Assembly (NCBI GenBank): GCA_965226495.1
Contig: OZ245365.1
Location: forward strand, 480,001-544,000
Source of the DNA: Candidatus Marinacidobacterales bacterium
GTDB lineage: Bacteria > Acidobacteriota > Vicinamibacteria > Marinacidobacterales > DATDRI01
Length of the DNA: 64,000 nt
Direction: 5' to 3'
The notes under the pieces are model-generated. The model was not told the DNA's origin and made no database searches. It saw only the letters and a program-made list of their open reading frames with translations. Within the stretch, counting starts at the first letter, position 1, and each line of letters opens with the position of its first letter. Positions 38,797 through 48,485 of the stretch are shown here, piece after piece. The translations under genes and the position numbers were made by a program.

Positions 38797-39660
38797 CTAA
38801 TGTGATTTGTGCGAACGCCGCGTGCGGGTCGGCGTGCGGGCATGGACTCCCTCGAACCCATAGTCCGTCTTCGCCAAGATGACGTGCGTAGGGCTGACCG
38901 CGTGCTTGTCTTCGAGGTAGGCGTTCAACATGGCCTGACCGGCCAGAATATTGATCTCCCGCGGGAATCCACCAGTGAATTCATATATCGTGTCACCGGC
39001 CTCTTTGGAAAAGACTCGACCGGGTTTTATGCTGCCCGCCGCCTTGAGTCGGTAAGATAGGTACTCAGTCGTCTCCCCTCGTGTCAGTGGTTTGAGCTCA
39101 TAACGCAAGCCGATTCTTTGGCGAAGCTGTCTGAGGCGTGGTCTTCTAAGACGCGTTACCAGCTCGGGCTGCCCCACCAAGCAGATGAGGATCAGCGGTC
39201 GTCCGTCTTCTTCCAAGTTGGACAACAGACGCACCTCCTCGAGAACCGAGTCGGTGAGGAGGTGAGCCTCGTCGAAGAACACAACCGGCCGCCGGCTTTC
39301 ACTCCCGTTGATAGCCAGGAACGTTTGTAGCCTTCGGACCAGTTTCGGCTTTGGCTCTCGGCTCACTGGGTCGAGGCCGAAGCAAACGCCCATCTCCTCC
39401 AAGAGCTCGCGCGGCTTGACGGTATTGTGGCTTATCACCGCAGTCGGTACGTCCGGGGGCGTCTTTTCGAGGATGGCTCTGATGGCGGTGGTTTTTCCTG
39501 TACCGACCTCGCCGGTCAGCAGGAAGAAGGCTTCCCCCATCTCTTGTGCGTAGCGGAAGTGTGCGCAGATCTCTTCTATTTCTTGGCTTGGATAGATGAA
39601 GTCGGATCGAGAGGCCGAGCCGAAAGGGTTCCTCCGAAGGTGAAAATGGGCCTCATGCAT
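38797..39660 (-). CDS. ExeA/GspA-family AAA ATPase
   Basis: HF.L..NPF, TGEVGTGKTT, DEAH, LVGQPEL, QLRQRI, GFPREIN. Confidence 0.9.
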   Translation of the reverse strand: MHEAHFHLRRNPFGSASRSDFIYPSQEIEEICAHFRYAQEMGEAFFLLTGEVGTGKTTAIRAILEKTPPDVPTAVISHNTVKPRELLEEMGVCFGLDPVSREPKPKLVRRLQTFLAINGSESRRPVVFFDEAHLLTDSVLEEVRLLSNLEEDGRPLILICLVGQPELVTRLRRPRLRQLRQRIGLRYELKPLTRGETTEYLSYRLKAAGSIKPGRVFSKEAGDTIYEFTGGFPREINILAGQAMLNAYLEDKHAVSPTHVILAKTDYGFEGVHARTPTRTRRSHKSH

Positions 39661-39883
39661 CGGGGCCTCGCCTCTCGTTTTCGCTGATTAAAGAGGAGGG
39701 TTTTCGCGGCAATCCTGCGGACAGGATGCCGAATTCTGCCCCCCTCGAAGCTAGTTCGTCTACCTGGGTGGGGCGAAGTTAGCACATCTGAGCCCGCGAG
39801 AAAAGCGCTCGTTCCGCTATCCAGAGATACCCCCAACTGAAAGCCACACGCCGTTCATGGTGACAGTCTTCACTGCGTACGGC

Positions 39884-40408
39884 TCATCGAATCAGGAAGA
39901 CTTCCTCATTGGGGGGCTGAATAAATTCAACACCTTTGTTGGTGATTATCTGAGGGTTTGAAATATTAAAGGCTAGTGGATAACCGGGCCTTTCCTTAAT
40001 ATTTTTATGGACCATATATTCAAAGGCGAAGAGATGATTCTCCTGTATTTTTAAGTGGTGTGTGTATGCTCGAAATGGCCCCATGGACGGGCCTTCTGTT
40101 CTAATATCCCATTCAACTTCCCCGGTATCGATGTTGTTATTGCCCATGCTGTGATTATCAACGGAAAATCCCGGTTTATCAGTATTCGCGAGAACCCTCT
40201 GGAGCATTTCGTAGTCTTTTTCTCCTCTATCGGTGAAAGGCGTATAGATATAGCCAGCCTTTTCCATAGCTTTCAGACGGAGTGCGTCCCGATCGGTCTT
40301 GGCCGTACGCGCCGGCAGTGGGCTGATGGAAACGGCACTCTCCTGCGCATTGACAGCAGGCACTATGAACATCAGAGAAATTAGAAAGCTTGTAAATCGA
40401 GATAACAT
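39884..40408 (-). CDS. AT-rich exported hypothetical protein; possibly an internally deleted M24 peptidase
   Basis: Signal peptide ending AVNA-QES; the C-terminus ...FAFEY...IITNKGVEFIQPPNEEVFLIR resembles M24 C-termini; visibly lower GC than the flanks. Confidence 0.45.
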   Translation of the reverse strand: MLSRFTSFLISLMFIVPAVNAQESAVSISPLPARTAKTDRDALRLKAMEKAGYIYTPFTDRGEKDYEMLQRVLANTDKPGFSVDNHSMGNNNIDTGEVEWDIRTEGPSMGPFRAYTHHLKIQENHLFAFEYMVHKNIKERPGYPLAFNISNPQIITNKGVEFIQPPNEEVFLIR

Positions 40409-40422
40409 GACTCCCTCCAAGA

Positions 40423-40872
40423 TCACCTGGATTGGTAGTTCGGCGCATCGATATAGACGAAATCTCTCATGATCTTTTCTTCATCAAAGTAGATGAAGTA
40501 GATCATGTCTCCCGCTTCGAAGATTCGGACGACCGGCCACGTGCGGCCGTTGGTGAGAATCTCGTCCCGTTTCTGGTCTCCCCATTCGGAGACCCATTGG
40601 GCAAGCTCCTCCTCTCCTTCGGGAGAGGCGATGAGAGGGGCCTTCTCTTTGAGGCCCTCGACGACCTGGTATAGCGACGGTTCCTGGTCCAGAACCCCTT
40701 GGAGTCGAGCTTGGTGGAGTGTCATGCGGCGGACGTGGTAACCGTAAACGCCCAAGACCAGGGCGATGATCAGTCCAGCCGCGGCCAAGGCAAGGCCGAA
40801 AGTGCCCGCGAGGACGAGAAGCTTCTTGTTGCGCTCGCGTTCGTCGGTGGCCTTCGGAAGAGCCTCGAACAC
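40423..40872 (-). CDS. Hypothetical single-TM protein
   Basis: One strong hydrophobic helix followed by a soluble domain; fits between co-oriented genes. Confidence 0.6.
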   Translation of the reverse strand: MFEALPKATDERERNKKLLVLAGTFGLALAAAGLIIALVLGVYGYHVRRMTLHQARLQGVLDQEPSLYQVVEGLKEKAPLIASPEGEEELAQWVSEWGDQKRDEILTNGRTWPVVRIFEAGDMIYFIYFDEEKIMRDFVYIDAPNYQSR

Positions 40873-40902
40873 TGTCGTGTAGCTAAGAGTGGCAGGACCG
40901 AG

Positions 40903-42180
40903 TCAAGACGTTAGCTCCATCTTCGTCTCGCGAGCCACGCGCTCGACTTCTCGCCAAACACGTAGCAGGTTGCCGCCCCAGAGTTTTTCGATGTCTTCCT
41001 CGGTGTAGCCGCGTCGCACCAGTTCAATGGTAACGTTCAAGGTTTCACTGGCATTGTTCCACCCGTTGATGCCGCCGCCTCCGTCGAAATCGGAGCTGAT
41101 GCCGACATGGTCGATGCCGATGAGCGCGACGGCGTGATCGATGTGGTCGACGAAATCAGAGACGGTGGCCTTGGGCCACTTCTCGTCGAGCTCCACCATC
41201 TTCCTCCGGATCTCTTCCCTCTGTGCGTCGGTGCGGTCACTGCTCGCGCCGGCGTTCCCCATTTCCTCGAACAGCGCCCGCCGCGCAGCGGCTTTTTCGG
41301 GCTGCTTCTTGACGAAACTATCGAGCGCCACCATTTGGATCACGCCGCCGTTCTCCTTGAGTGCAAGCAACTGTTCGTCGTCCATATTACGAGCCACGTC
41401 GGACAACGCTTTCGTGCTCGAGTGCGAGCCGATGACCGGCGCACGGCTAAGCTGGGCCGCTTCGAGCATTGCTTTTTTCGAGATGTGCGAGACGTCGACC
41501 ATGATACCGATCCGATTCATTTCCGCGATGACTTGTTCGCCGAACTCGCTGATGCCGCCATGCTCCTCTTCTGCGTCGCCGAGCCGTTCCCGAGGCGTCG
41601 AGGAGTCGGCGATGTCGTTATGCCCGCCGTGCGCGAGGGTGATGTAGCGTGCTCCGAGCGCATGGTACTTTTCGAGCAAGCTCAAGTCCTTACCGATGAC
41701 GTAGCCGTTCTCGATACCGATACAGGCAACGAGCTTGCCGTCGGCGTGGATTTGCTCGACTTCGTCCGCGGTATAGGCAAGCTCGATCTCGTCCGGATAC
41801 ATCTCTTCCGTCATGCGGTGGATAGCGTCGAATTTCACCATCGCATCGGCCTTCGCTTTTTCGTAGTTCTCGGCAGTCCTCTCCGTCTGGCCGACGTAGA
41901 CGATGAAAAAGCCCGCGTCGAGCCCGCCTTCCTTCATTTTCGGGATGTCCACCTGTCGTTCCCCACGGACTCCGGGGTCGACTTCGGCGGTCGCGAAGTT
42001 CTCGGGAATATCGTCGTGGGTATCGATGGTGAGGACGCGCTCGTGAATCGCCTTGGCCTTGGCGACGATTTCCTCCTCGGTGAGTTCTTGGACGTCACCC
42101 GTGGTGGTGGATTCTTGGGAACCGCTTTCACACGCGACAACCGCGAGGATGAAGCTTAGAAGAAAGGCTTTATGCAGCAT
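40903..42180 (-). CDS. Membrane dipeptidase (M19) lipoprotein
   Basis: Lipobox-like VVAC, IDTHDD, GIENG, DVSH, SHS, GISSDFDG, KLWGGNLLRV; GGGAG RBS before ATG 42180. Confidence 0.9.
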   Translation of the reverse strand: MLHKAFLLSFILAVVACESGSQESTTTGDVQELTEEEIVAKAKAIHERVLTIDTHDDIPENFATAEVDPGVRGERQVDIPKMKEGGLDAGFFIVYVGQTERTAENYEKAKADAMVKFDAIHRMTEEMYPDEIELAYTADEVEQIHADGKLVACIGIENGYVIGKDLSLLEKYHALGARYITLAHGGHNDIADSSTPRERLGDAEEEHGGISEFGEQVIAEMNRIGIMVDVSHISKKAMLEAAQLSRAPVIGSHSSTKALSDVARNMDDEQLLALKENGGVIQMVALDSFVKKQPEKAAARRALFEEMGNAGASSDRTDAQREEIRRKMVELDEKWPKATVSDFVDHIDHAVALIGIDHVGISSDFDGGGGINGWNNASETLNVTIELVRRGYTEEDIEKLWGGNLLRVWREVERVARETKMELTS

Positions 42181-42199
42181 GAGTGTCTCCCTTTTATCG

Positions 42200-42270
42200 G
42201 AGGCCTGGGGCCCCACCCCCAGGCCTCGCGCTTCGTCGGCGGGCGACTGCGCGCGGGCTGAAGGCTCCGA
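42200..42270. repeat. Hairpin element TGGGG-CCCCAC-CCCCA, copy 1
   Basis: gaggcctgggg-ccccac-ccccaggcctc then ttcgtcggcg; related copy at 50538. Confidence 0.65.
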
Positions 42271-42375
42271 CCGAAGGCGCGCCGATTCTAAAGCCGGAAT
42301 CACGCCACTGCAAGTCGGGCGACTTGAGAAAGAGAGCCAAAACCTCTAAGTTATAGTGCTTCAAAGGGAGTACGC

Positions 42376-43647
42376 ATGCCGAATCAAGTTGACAGCAAGC
42401 TCGTCGCAAAGGCAGTGGACAAGATCGATCGGTCCCGACTGGTCGACCTGGTGGTTGAGCTCACCAACGTCCCGAGCCCGACCGGTCACGAGGCCGAGGT
42501 GGCCCACACGTTTCACGAGGTTCTGGGAGGGGCGGGGTTTCGCCCGACTCTCCAGCCCATCGGGGACGGTCGTTACAACGCCATCGGGATTCTAGAAGGA
42601 GCCGGCGGTGGCAAGTCTTTGCTGTTCAACGGCCATCTCGACACGTCTTTCGGTGCGGAGTTGGCCGACCGCGGCATCGGTTACCGGACCGAGGCCACCA
42701 TCGTCGATGACGAGTGGATTTACGGCATGGGCTCGTTCAACATGAAGAGCGCTCTAGCTGCTTATACTGTTGCATCCCAGGCGATCCAGGCGGCGGGCAT
42801 TCGTCTCGCTGGAGACATCGTGATCGCGGGCGTGGCCGGTGAGATCGAGAAAGCCCCCACTGGCGAGTACGACGACCCCAAGTACCAGGGTTACGGTGTG
42901 GGCACGAAGTTCGCCATTACCCATGGCGCGGCGGCCGATTATTGCATCCTGGGAGAGCCCACGAACATGAAGGTCATCCCGCGTCATTGCGGGACGACCT
43001 GGCTCAAGATCAAGATTCCGGGCGTTTTGATCCATACCGCCTGGAGCGAGCTCGAGCAGAACGCCATCCTCCATGCCGGACTCGTGCTGAGCGCCCTCAA
43101 CGAATGGATCGACCAATATCGCGCGAAACATGCGATCGGCGAATTTCGACCCAAGGTCAATATCGCGGCGATTGAAGGAGGCTGGCCCTGGCGGGGAGCG
43201 CGGTCACCGGACTCTTGTTCGATCTACATGGACGTGCGTACGGTGCCTGGTGTTTGGCCAGTGGAGGTTTATCGCGAGGTCAGAGAGGTTATTCGAGCGT
43301 TGGTGAAGAAGCACTCGAAGCTCGAGGGTACGATTGTCGACCTTTACGTATCGGCTCCCGGAACTTCCATCCCTGATGACCACGAACTGATCCAAACGGT
43401 GGTTCAGGCGCATACCGATCAGCTCGGCAAGGCGCCGGAGCTCGGAATCGAGAACTGGTATAGCGATGCCGCGCACATGAACCGCTACGGGATCCCGACC
43501 GTGAACTACGGCTCCGCAGGACGGATCCGGACCGGCGGCGGGGGCTTCTCGACTCATCAAGGGGAGCACGTCCATATCGGCGATCTCTACGACATCGTCA
43601 AGGTTTACATCCAAGCCGCGATGTCTCTCTGCGGCGTCGCAAGCTAA
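42376..43647 (+). CDS. M20 family metallo-hydrolase (ArgE/DapE-like)
   Basis: SPTGHE, LLFNGHLDT, YGMGSFNMKS, AGEIE, ILGEPT, SDA, GEHV. Confidence 0.85.
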   Translation: MPNQVDSKLVAKAVDKIDRSRLVDLVVELTNVPSPTGHEAEVAHTFHEVLGGAGFRPTLQPIGDGRYNAIGILEGAGGGKSLLFNGHLDTSFGAELADRGIGYRTEATIVDDEWIYGMGSFNMKSALAAYTVASQAIQAAGIRLAGDIVIAGVAGEIEKAPTGEYDDPKYQGYGVGTKFAITHGAAADYCILGEPTNMKVIPRHCGTTWLKIKIPGVLIHTAWSELEQNAILHAGLVLSALNEWIDQYRAKHAIGEFRPKVNIAAIEGGWPWRGARSPDSCSIYMDVRTVPGVWPVEVYREVREVIRALVKKHSKLEGTIVDLYVSAPGTSIPDDHELIQTVVQAHTDQLGKAPELGIENWYSDAAHMNRYGIPTVNYGSAGRIRTGGGGFSTHQGEHVHIGDLYDIVKVYIQAAMSLCGVAS

Positions 43648-43675
43648 ACTCAAGTCCCAGCTTGGGAGGTGTTCT

Positions 43676-45608
43676 ATGACCCGCCAGTCTTGGCTTTATG
43701 GGCTTTCCATGCTGTTCGCTTGCATGCTGGCGTCCTGCGCGCCTGCAGTCGAGGAACGAGTGGTTCCGATCTACGACGCAGCGACTTTTCACGAGACGAC
43801 CACCATTTCGGGTGCCTCGTTTTCTGCCGACGAATCGCAGCTCCTCATGAGCTCCGACGAGTCGGGCATCTTCAACGTGTATGCACAGCCGTTTGCGGGA
43901 GGTGATCCGAAACAGCTGACTCACTCCACCACGGATGCGCATTTCGCAGTCAGTTGGTTCCCCGAAGACGACCGGTTTCTCTTCAGAGCTGACAAAGGTG
44001 GGGACGAACTGGACCACCTGTTCGTGCAGGATGCCGACGGCAACGTAACCGATCTGACTCCCGGCGAGAACCTGAAGGCCTCGTTCGCTGGCTGGAGCAA
44101 GGACCAACAGTCCTTCTAGGTACAGACCAACGAGCGGGATCCAAAGTTCTTCGATGTCTATCGCTACTCGGCGAGCGACTACGAGCGGAGTCTCGTCTTC
44201 CAGAACGAGGACGGTTGGCAGGTTGGCGCGGTGAGCGACGATGGGCGATGGCTCGCGCTCAACCAGGTGATCGACAACGCCGACAGCAATCTCTTCGTGG
44301 CCGATCTCGAGTCGCCGGATGCATCTCCCAATCTGATCACCGAGCACGAGGGGGCCGATTGTTCATCAGCCGATGGGATTCGGTCCCGAGAACCGAAGCC
44401 TCTACTACCTCACCGACGGCTATGGCGAGTTCATGCAGGCGTGGTCCTACGAGCTCGAAAACGGCGAGCATCAGCCGGTGGTCGAGGCGGACTGGGACGT
44501 CATGTATGTCTACTTCTCCGAGGAAGGGCGCTATCGCGTCACCGCGCTCAACGAAGACGCACAAACGGTCTTATCGATCCTGGACACCGAGACCGGAGAG
44601 GATCTCGCTCTGCCCGAGTTGCCGGACGGGGATGTCACCGGGGTTCGGATCTCGCGTAGCGAAGAACGTATGACGTTTTACGTGAATAGCGATACATCTC
44701 CTTCGAATCTCTACGCGTTCGACATCGCGGCCCACGAGCATCGGAGCCTGACCAACACGTTGAATCCCGCCATCGATCGGACGAATTTGGTCGAAGGGGA
44801 CGTCGTTCGGTACGAGAGCTACGACGGGCTGAAGATTCCATCGGTGCTCTATCGTCCGCATCAAGCCTCTCCCGCAGCACCCGTTCCGGCCATGGTCTGG
44901 GTCCACGGCGGGCCGGGTGGGCAGAGTCGGAAGGGCTACCGCGCGACGATTCAGCATCTTGCGAATCACGGCTATGCGGTCCTCGCCGTCAACAACCGTG
45001 GCTCGTCCGGCTACGGGAAAACGTTCTACCACTTGGACGATAAGAAACATGGCGAGGTGGATCTACAGGACGTTGTCTGGTCGCGGAAGTATCTCGAGTC
45101 ACTCGACTGGGTGGACGGCACCCGCGTCGGCATCATCGGCGGCAGCTACGGTGGCTATATGGTCGCCGCCGCCCTTGCCTTCGAGCCCGAGGTCTTCGAC
45201 GTTGGGGTGGACATCTTCGGAGTGACCAACTGGGTCCGGACGATCAAGAGCATTCCGCCCTGGTGGACGGCCCAGAAGGACCGGCTCTACGCGGAGCTTG
45301 GGAATCCGTATGAGGAGGAAGAGCGACTCCGCGGGATTTCTCCTTTGTTTCATGCCGGCAACATTACGAAGCCGCTCCTCGTCGTTCAAGGGGCGAACGA
45401 CCCTCGGGTCCTCCAGGTGGAGAGCGATGAGCTCGTCGCCGCGGTCGAGGCGAACGGCATCCCGGTGGAGTACATCATTTTTCCGGACGAAGGGCATGGT
45501 TTCGACAACAAGGCCAACCGCGTCACTGCCTCCGACCGTTACGTGGCTTTCTTGGACAAATACTTGAAGGGCGAGGGCGCCGAGTCTTCCGCGCCTGCCA
45601 CAGAGTAA
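43676..45608 (+). pseudogene. S9 prolyl oligopeptidase-family lipoprotein, disrupted
   Basis: Lipobox LASC, WVHGGPG, GGSYGG, NDPRV, DEGHGF. In-frame TAG at 44117 (probably TGG) and a +1 G frameshift in the G run near 44350-44354. Confidence 0.85.
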
Positions 45609-45643
45609 CTCGCCAGGCTGCCTGGAGTTTGACACTTGAGGGC

Positions 45644-45661
45644 GTCTTGACATGTCAAGAC
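45644..45661. promoter_or_regulatory. Perfect 18-bp palindrome, probable TA autoregulatory operator
   Basis: GTCTTGACA|TGTCAAGAC overlapping the antitoxin start; another TTGACA lies at 45629. Confidence 0.6.
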
Positions 45662-45876
45662 CATGGCGCCCACTCAAAATTAGCTCCAAAGTAGACGAAT
45701 CGGTCTGGAACGACCTGAAACAGGTAGCCTCGGATTCTCACCAGAGCATCTCAGGCCTACTCACCGAGGCGATCCGGGAGTACCTTCGGCGCCGAAGGGT
45801 CCGGCCGGACGTCCTCCGGGACCTCGACGCTTCCATAGCGGAGAACGAGAAGCTGGGCCGCCTCCTTGCCGACTAA
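45652..45876 (+). CDS. Putative RHH-type antitoxin
   Basis: KISSKVD, SISGLLTEAIREYL; overlaps the Fic/Doc gene; start uncertain. Confidence 0.65.
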   Translation: MSRPWRPLKISSKVDESVWNDLKQVASDSHQSISGLLTEAIREYLRRRRVRPDVLRDLDASIAENEKLGRLLAD

Positions 45877-46253
45877 GTCGGTTGTTTTCCTAACCGTCGA
45901 TGAAGCTCTGGCGATTCACGACCGGCTCATTCAAGAGTTCGGCGGACCGGTTGGAGTCCGCGATTTAGGCCTTCTCGAAAGCGCCCTGTTCCGGCCGCAG
46001 ACCGGCTACTACGATGACATCGCCGAGATGGCCACGGCTCTTTTCGAATCTTTGCTAATGAATCATCCCTTCGACGGGAACAAGCGGGTGGCCTTCTTTG
46101 CGACGGACGTATTTCTCACTGAACGGCTGGAAACTCGAAGTAGATCCTGACGAAGCCCACCGTCGTCTCATCGGTCTCCTCGAGCAGGGTCGGTGTGACT
46201 TCGAGCATTTGCTGCCATGGCTCCGAGAGTCGTTGGTGCGGCGACGAGGTTGA
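45866..46253 (+). pseudogene. doc: Fic/Doc (death-on-curing) toxin, disrupted
   Basis: GVRDLGLLESAL.RP; the active-site HPF-DGNKR lacks the residue of HPFxDGNKR; a frameshift near 46118 continues as LNGWKLEVD...RRG* at 46251-46253. Confidence 0.8.
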
Positions 46254-46319
46254 ATCGGACCGCGTGGATTCGCTAGTATTGCCCCCGGTCATGAATGGTC
46301 AGGTGACGGGGGGGGATCG

Positions 46320-47129
46320 ATGGCACAGCAAGCGCTCCATGAGCTCTTAAGAAACGCGAAGGTCTACGACCTCGGTCAGCCCTATTGGCCCGGAATGCCG
46401 GTCCATCCCTTCGATCCGCCGTTCCAGTTCTACCTCTATCGGTACCATGAGTACGTCGCGAAGCTTTTCGAAGAGATCGAGCCGGGGTTCGCTGATGCTA
46501 TCAGCCTGATCATTACTTCCATGCACTCCGGAACGCACTTCGACGTACCGGTGCACATGTCGCAGGATCTGAAGGTCCTCGGCATTGATCCCACGCCCTA
46601 CCAGCGCGACACCGGTTTCGTCGATCTACCCGAGCCGCTCCACAGCATGGAAAAAGTTCCTCCGCTCATTCTCAAGGCGGTACTGCTGGACGTGCCCGCT
46701 TACAAAGAGGTGGACATTCTGCCCGAACGCTACGCCATCACTCCCGAGGATCTGGAGGGCGCGGCCAAAGCGGCGAACGTCCCGATCCAAGAGGGCGATT
46801 GCGTTTTGATCCGGACCGGGTATTCGCGGTTTTTCGAGACCGACGGGGAGAAGTACCTCTACAAGTGGGCGGGGCTGAACGACGCCGCGGCGCAATGGGT
46901 GGCGGACAAGAAGCCGCGCCTGGTAGGTACGGACAATCTTTCGATTGGAGTCCCCGCACCATTTGCCGCGCACCGAATCTTGATGGTCGAAAACGGCATC
47001 TATGTGATGAAGAGCCTGAAGCTCGAGGAGATGTCGAAAGACGCTCGTTTCGACTCGACGGTGATCGTGCTGCCCTTGAAGCTCAAGGGTGGCGAGGCGT
47101 CGCTGGTGCGACCGATAGCCCTGGCCTGA
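46320..47129 (+). CDS. Cyclase family protein (kynurenine formamidase-like metal hydrolase)
   Basis: HSGTHFDVPVH, GDCVLIRTG, VGTDN, LPLKLKGG.ASLVRPIA. Confidence 0.88.
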   Translation: MAQQALHELLRNAKVYDLGQPYWPGMPVHPFDPPFQFYLYRYHEYVAKLFEEIEPGFADAISLIITSMHSGTHFDVPVHMSQDLKVLGIDPTPYQRDTGFVDLPEPLHSMEKVPPLILKAVLLDVPAYKEVDILPERYAITPEDLEGAAKAANVPIQEGDCVLIRTGYSRFFETDGEKYLYKWAGLNDAAAQWVADKKPRLVGTDNLSIGVPAPFAAHRILMVENGIYVMKSLKLEEMSKDARFDSTVIVLPLKLKGGEASLVRPIALA

Positions 47130-47160
47130 CAGCCTGACAGCCTGACAGGTTGACAGCCTG
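47125..47160 (+). repeat. CCTGACAG tandem repeat
   Basis: cctgacag x3, gttgacag, cctg; begins at the cyclase stop codon. Confidence 0.75.
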
Positions 47161-47288
47161 CCCCGCGATCGGGCGTCGCACCGTCTTTATTATTATAATG
47201 GGTTGGGTTGGGGGCGGCGTTACGCTCCTCCCACGGCTAAATAGCTACCCTGTCAAATACTACTGGGACTTTCTGAGAGGCAGCCAAA

Positions 47289-48485
47289 ATGAACACCGGA
47301 GTATCGCCGGATCAAATCTGGATAAGTGATCTGAACAAGGACGAGGAGATTCAGTCGCCTTTCGACCGCACGACCCCCGTCCGCTTTTACGACACCACGT
47401 TGCGGGACGGCGAGCAGACGGTGGGTGTGGTCTTCACGCCGGATGAAAAGGTCGAGATCGCCCGAAAGCTCTCAGACCTCAAGGTCGGCCGTATCGAAGC
47501 GGGGTTCCCGAGGGTCTCCGAGGCGGACACGGAAGCGGTGAAGCGCATCGCGGAGGCTGGACTGGAATCGGAGATCTATGGATTTTCACGGGCGGTGATC
47601 CAAGATCTGGATGCCCTCATTGAGCTCGGGCTGAAGGGGACCGTCATCGAGATCTCCACCAGTGACATCAAGATGAAGGCGTATGGTTTCACGCGCGAAA
47701 AGGTTATCCAACGCGCGACAGACGCCATCAAGCACGCCCGTGCACACGACATGAAGGTTACCTTTTTTCCGGTAGACAGCACGCGGAGCGATCTTGCGTT
47801 CTTGCGCGACGTCTACGCGGCCGCGATCGACGCCGGAGCAGAAGAAGTCGCCATTGTTGACACCATCGGGGCTTGCTCCCCGGAAGCAGTGGAAACGCTA
47901 GTACGCGTAGTGCGGAGTTGGGTGGGGCCGGACATTCCGGTCCACTTTCATGGGCACGACGACTTCGGCCTGGCGACGGCATCCGCCATTGCCGCGGTGA
48001 GGGGTGGTGCTCGCTGGATACAAGGCACTATTAACGGAATGGGCGAGCGCGCCGGCAATGCCGACATCGTGGAAGTCGCCTTGGCACTCCAATGTCTTTA
48101 CAACGTTCCCGTCGAGCTGGACCTGAAGAAAGCTCGGGAAGTCTCGCAAGTCGTGCAGAAGGCCGGAGGTTATCGTGTCGATAGTTGGAAGCCGGCGGTC
48201 GGCGAGAATCTCTTTGTGCGTGAAAGCGGGGCGGTGGCCAGCCAGTTCCATATCCCCGAAGCCATCGAGCCATACTCGTCCGACATCGTGTCCGCAGATC
48301 GGAAGATCGTACTGGGCAAGAAGAGCGGCGTCGCCAGCGTCCAGCTGAAGGTGAAGGAGCTGGGACTCGATGTCCCCGAGGATAAAATCGCCCCGATTTT
48401 GGCCGAGGTCAAGAGCCAAGGAACCCAAAAGGGTCGACTGATTACGGACGACGAGTTTAGAAAGGTAGTCCAAGAGCTGTCATGA
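47289..48485 (+). CDS. DRE-TIM metallolyase (homocitrate/isopropylmalate synthase-like) without regulatory domain
   Basis: DTTLRDGEQ, IEAGFP, HFHGHDDFGLA, NGMGERAGN, LGKKSG. Confidence 0.85.
   Translation: MNTGVSPDQIWISDLNKDEEIQSPFDRTTPVRFYDTTLRDGEQTVGVVFTPDEKVEIARKLSDLKVGRIEAGFPRVSEADTEAVKRIAEAGLESEIYGFSRAVIQDLDALIELGLKGTVIEISTSDIKMKAYGFTREKVIQRATDAIKHARAHDMKVTFFPVDSTRSDLAFLRDVYAAAIDAGAEEVAIVDTIGACSPEAVETLVRVVRSWVGPDIPVHFHGHDDFGLATASAIAAVRGGARWIQGTINGMGERAGNADIVEVALALQCLYNVPVELDLKKAREVSQVVQKAGGYRVDSWKPAVGENLFVRESGAVASQFHIPEAIEPYSSDIVSADRKIVLGKKSGVASVQLKVKELGLDVPEDKIAPILAEVKSQGTQKGRLITDDEFRKVVQELS

Noticed and set aside
38797-39660. Type II secretion system or transposon TniB-type locus
   Set aside because: Only a lone ExeA-like ATPase; no secretion genes or transposase nearby.
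44117-44119. TAG read-through (pyrrolysine or recoding) in the S9 and ALDH genes
   Set aside because: Each TAG is one substitution from the expected codon, the same genes have other lesions, and many intact genes here end in TAG.
35343-47129. Complete kynurenine pathway (RidA-like deaminase, ALDH, KynB-like cyclase)
   Set aside because: Genes are scattered, the ALDH is a remnant, and no kynA, kynU or haaO is in the window.
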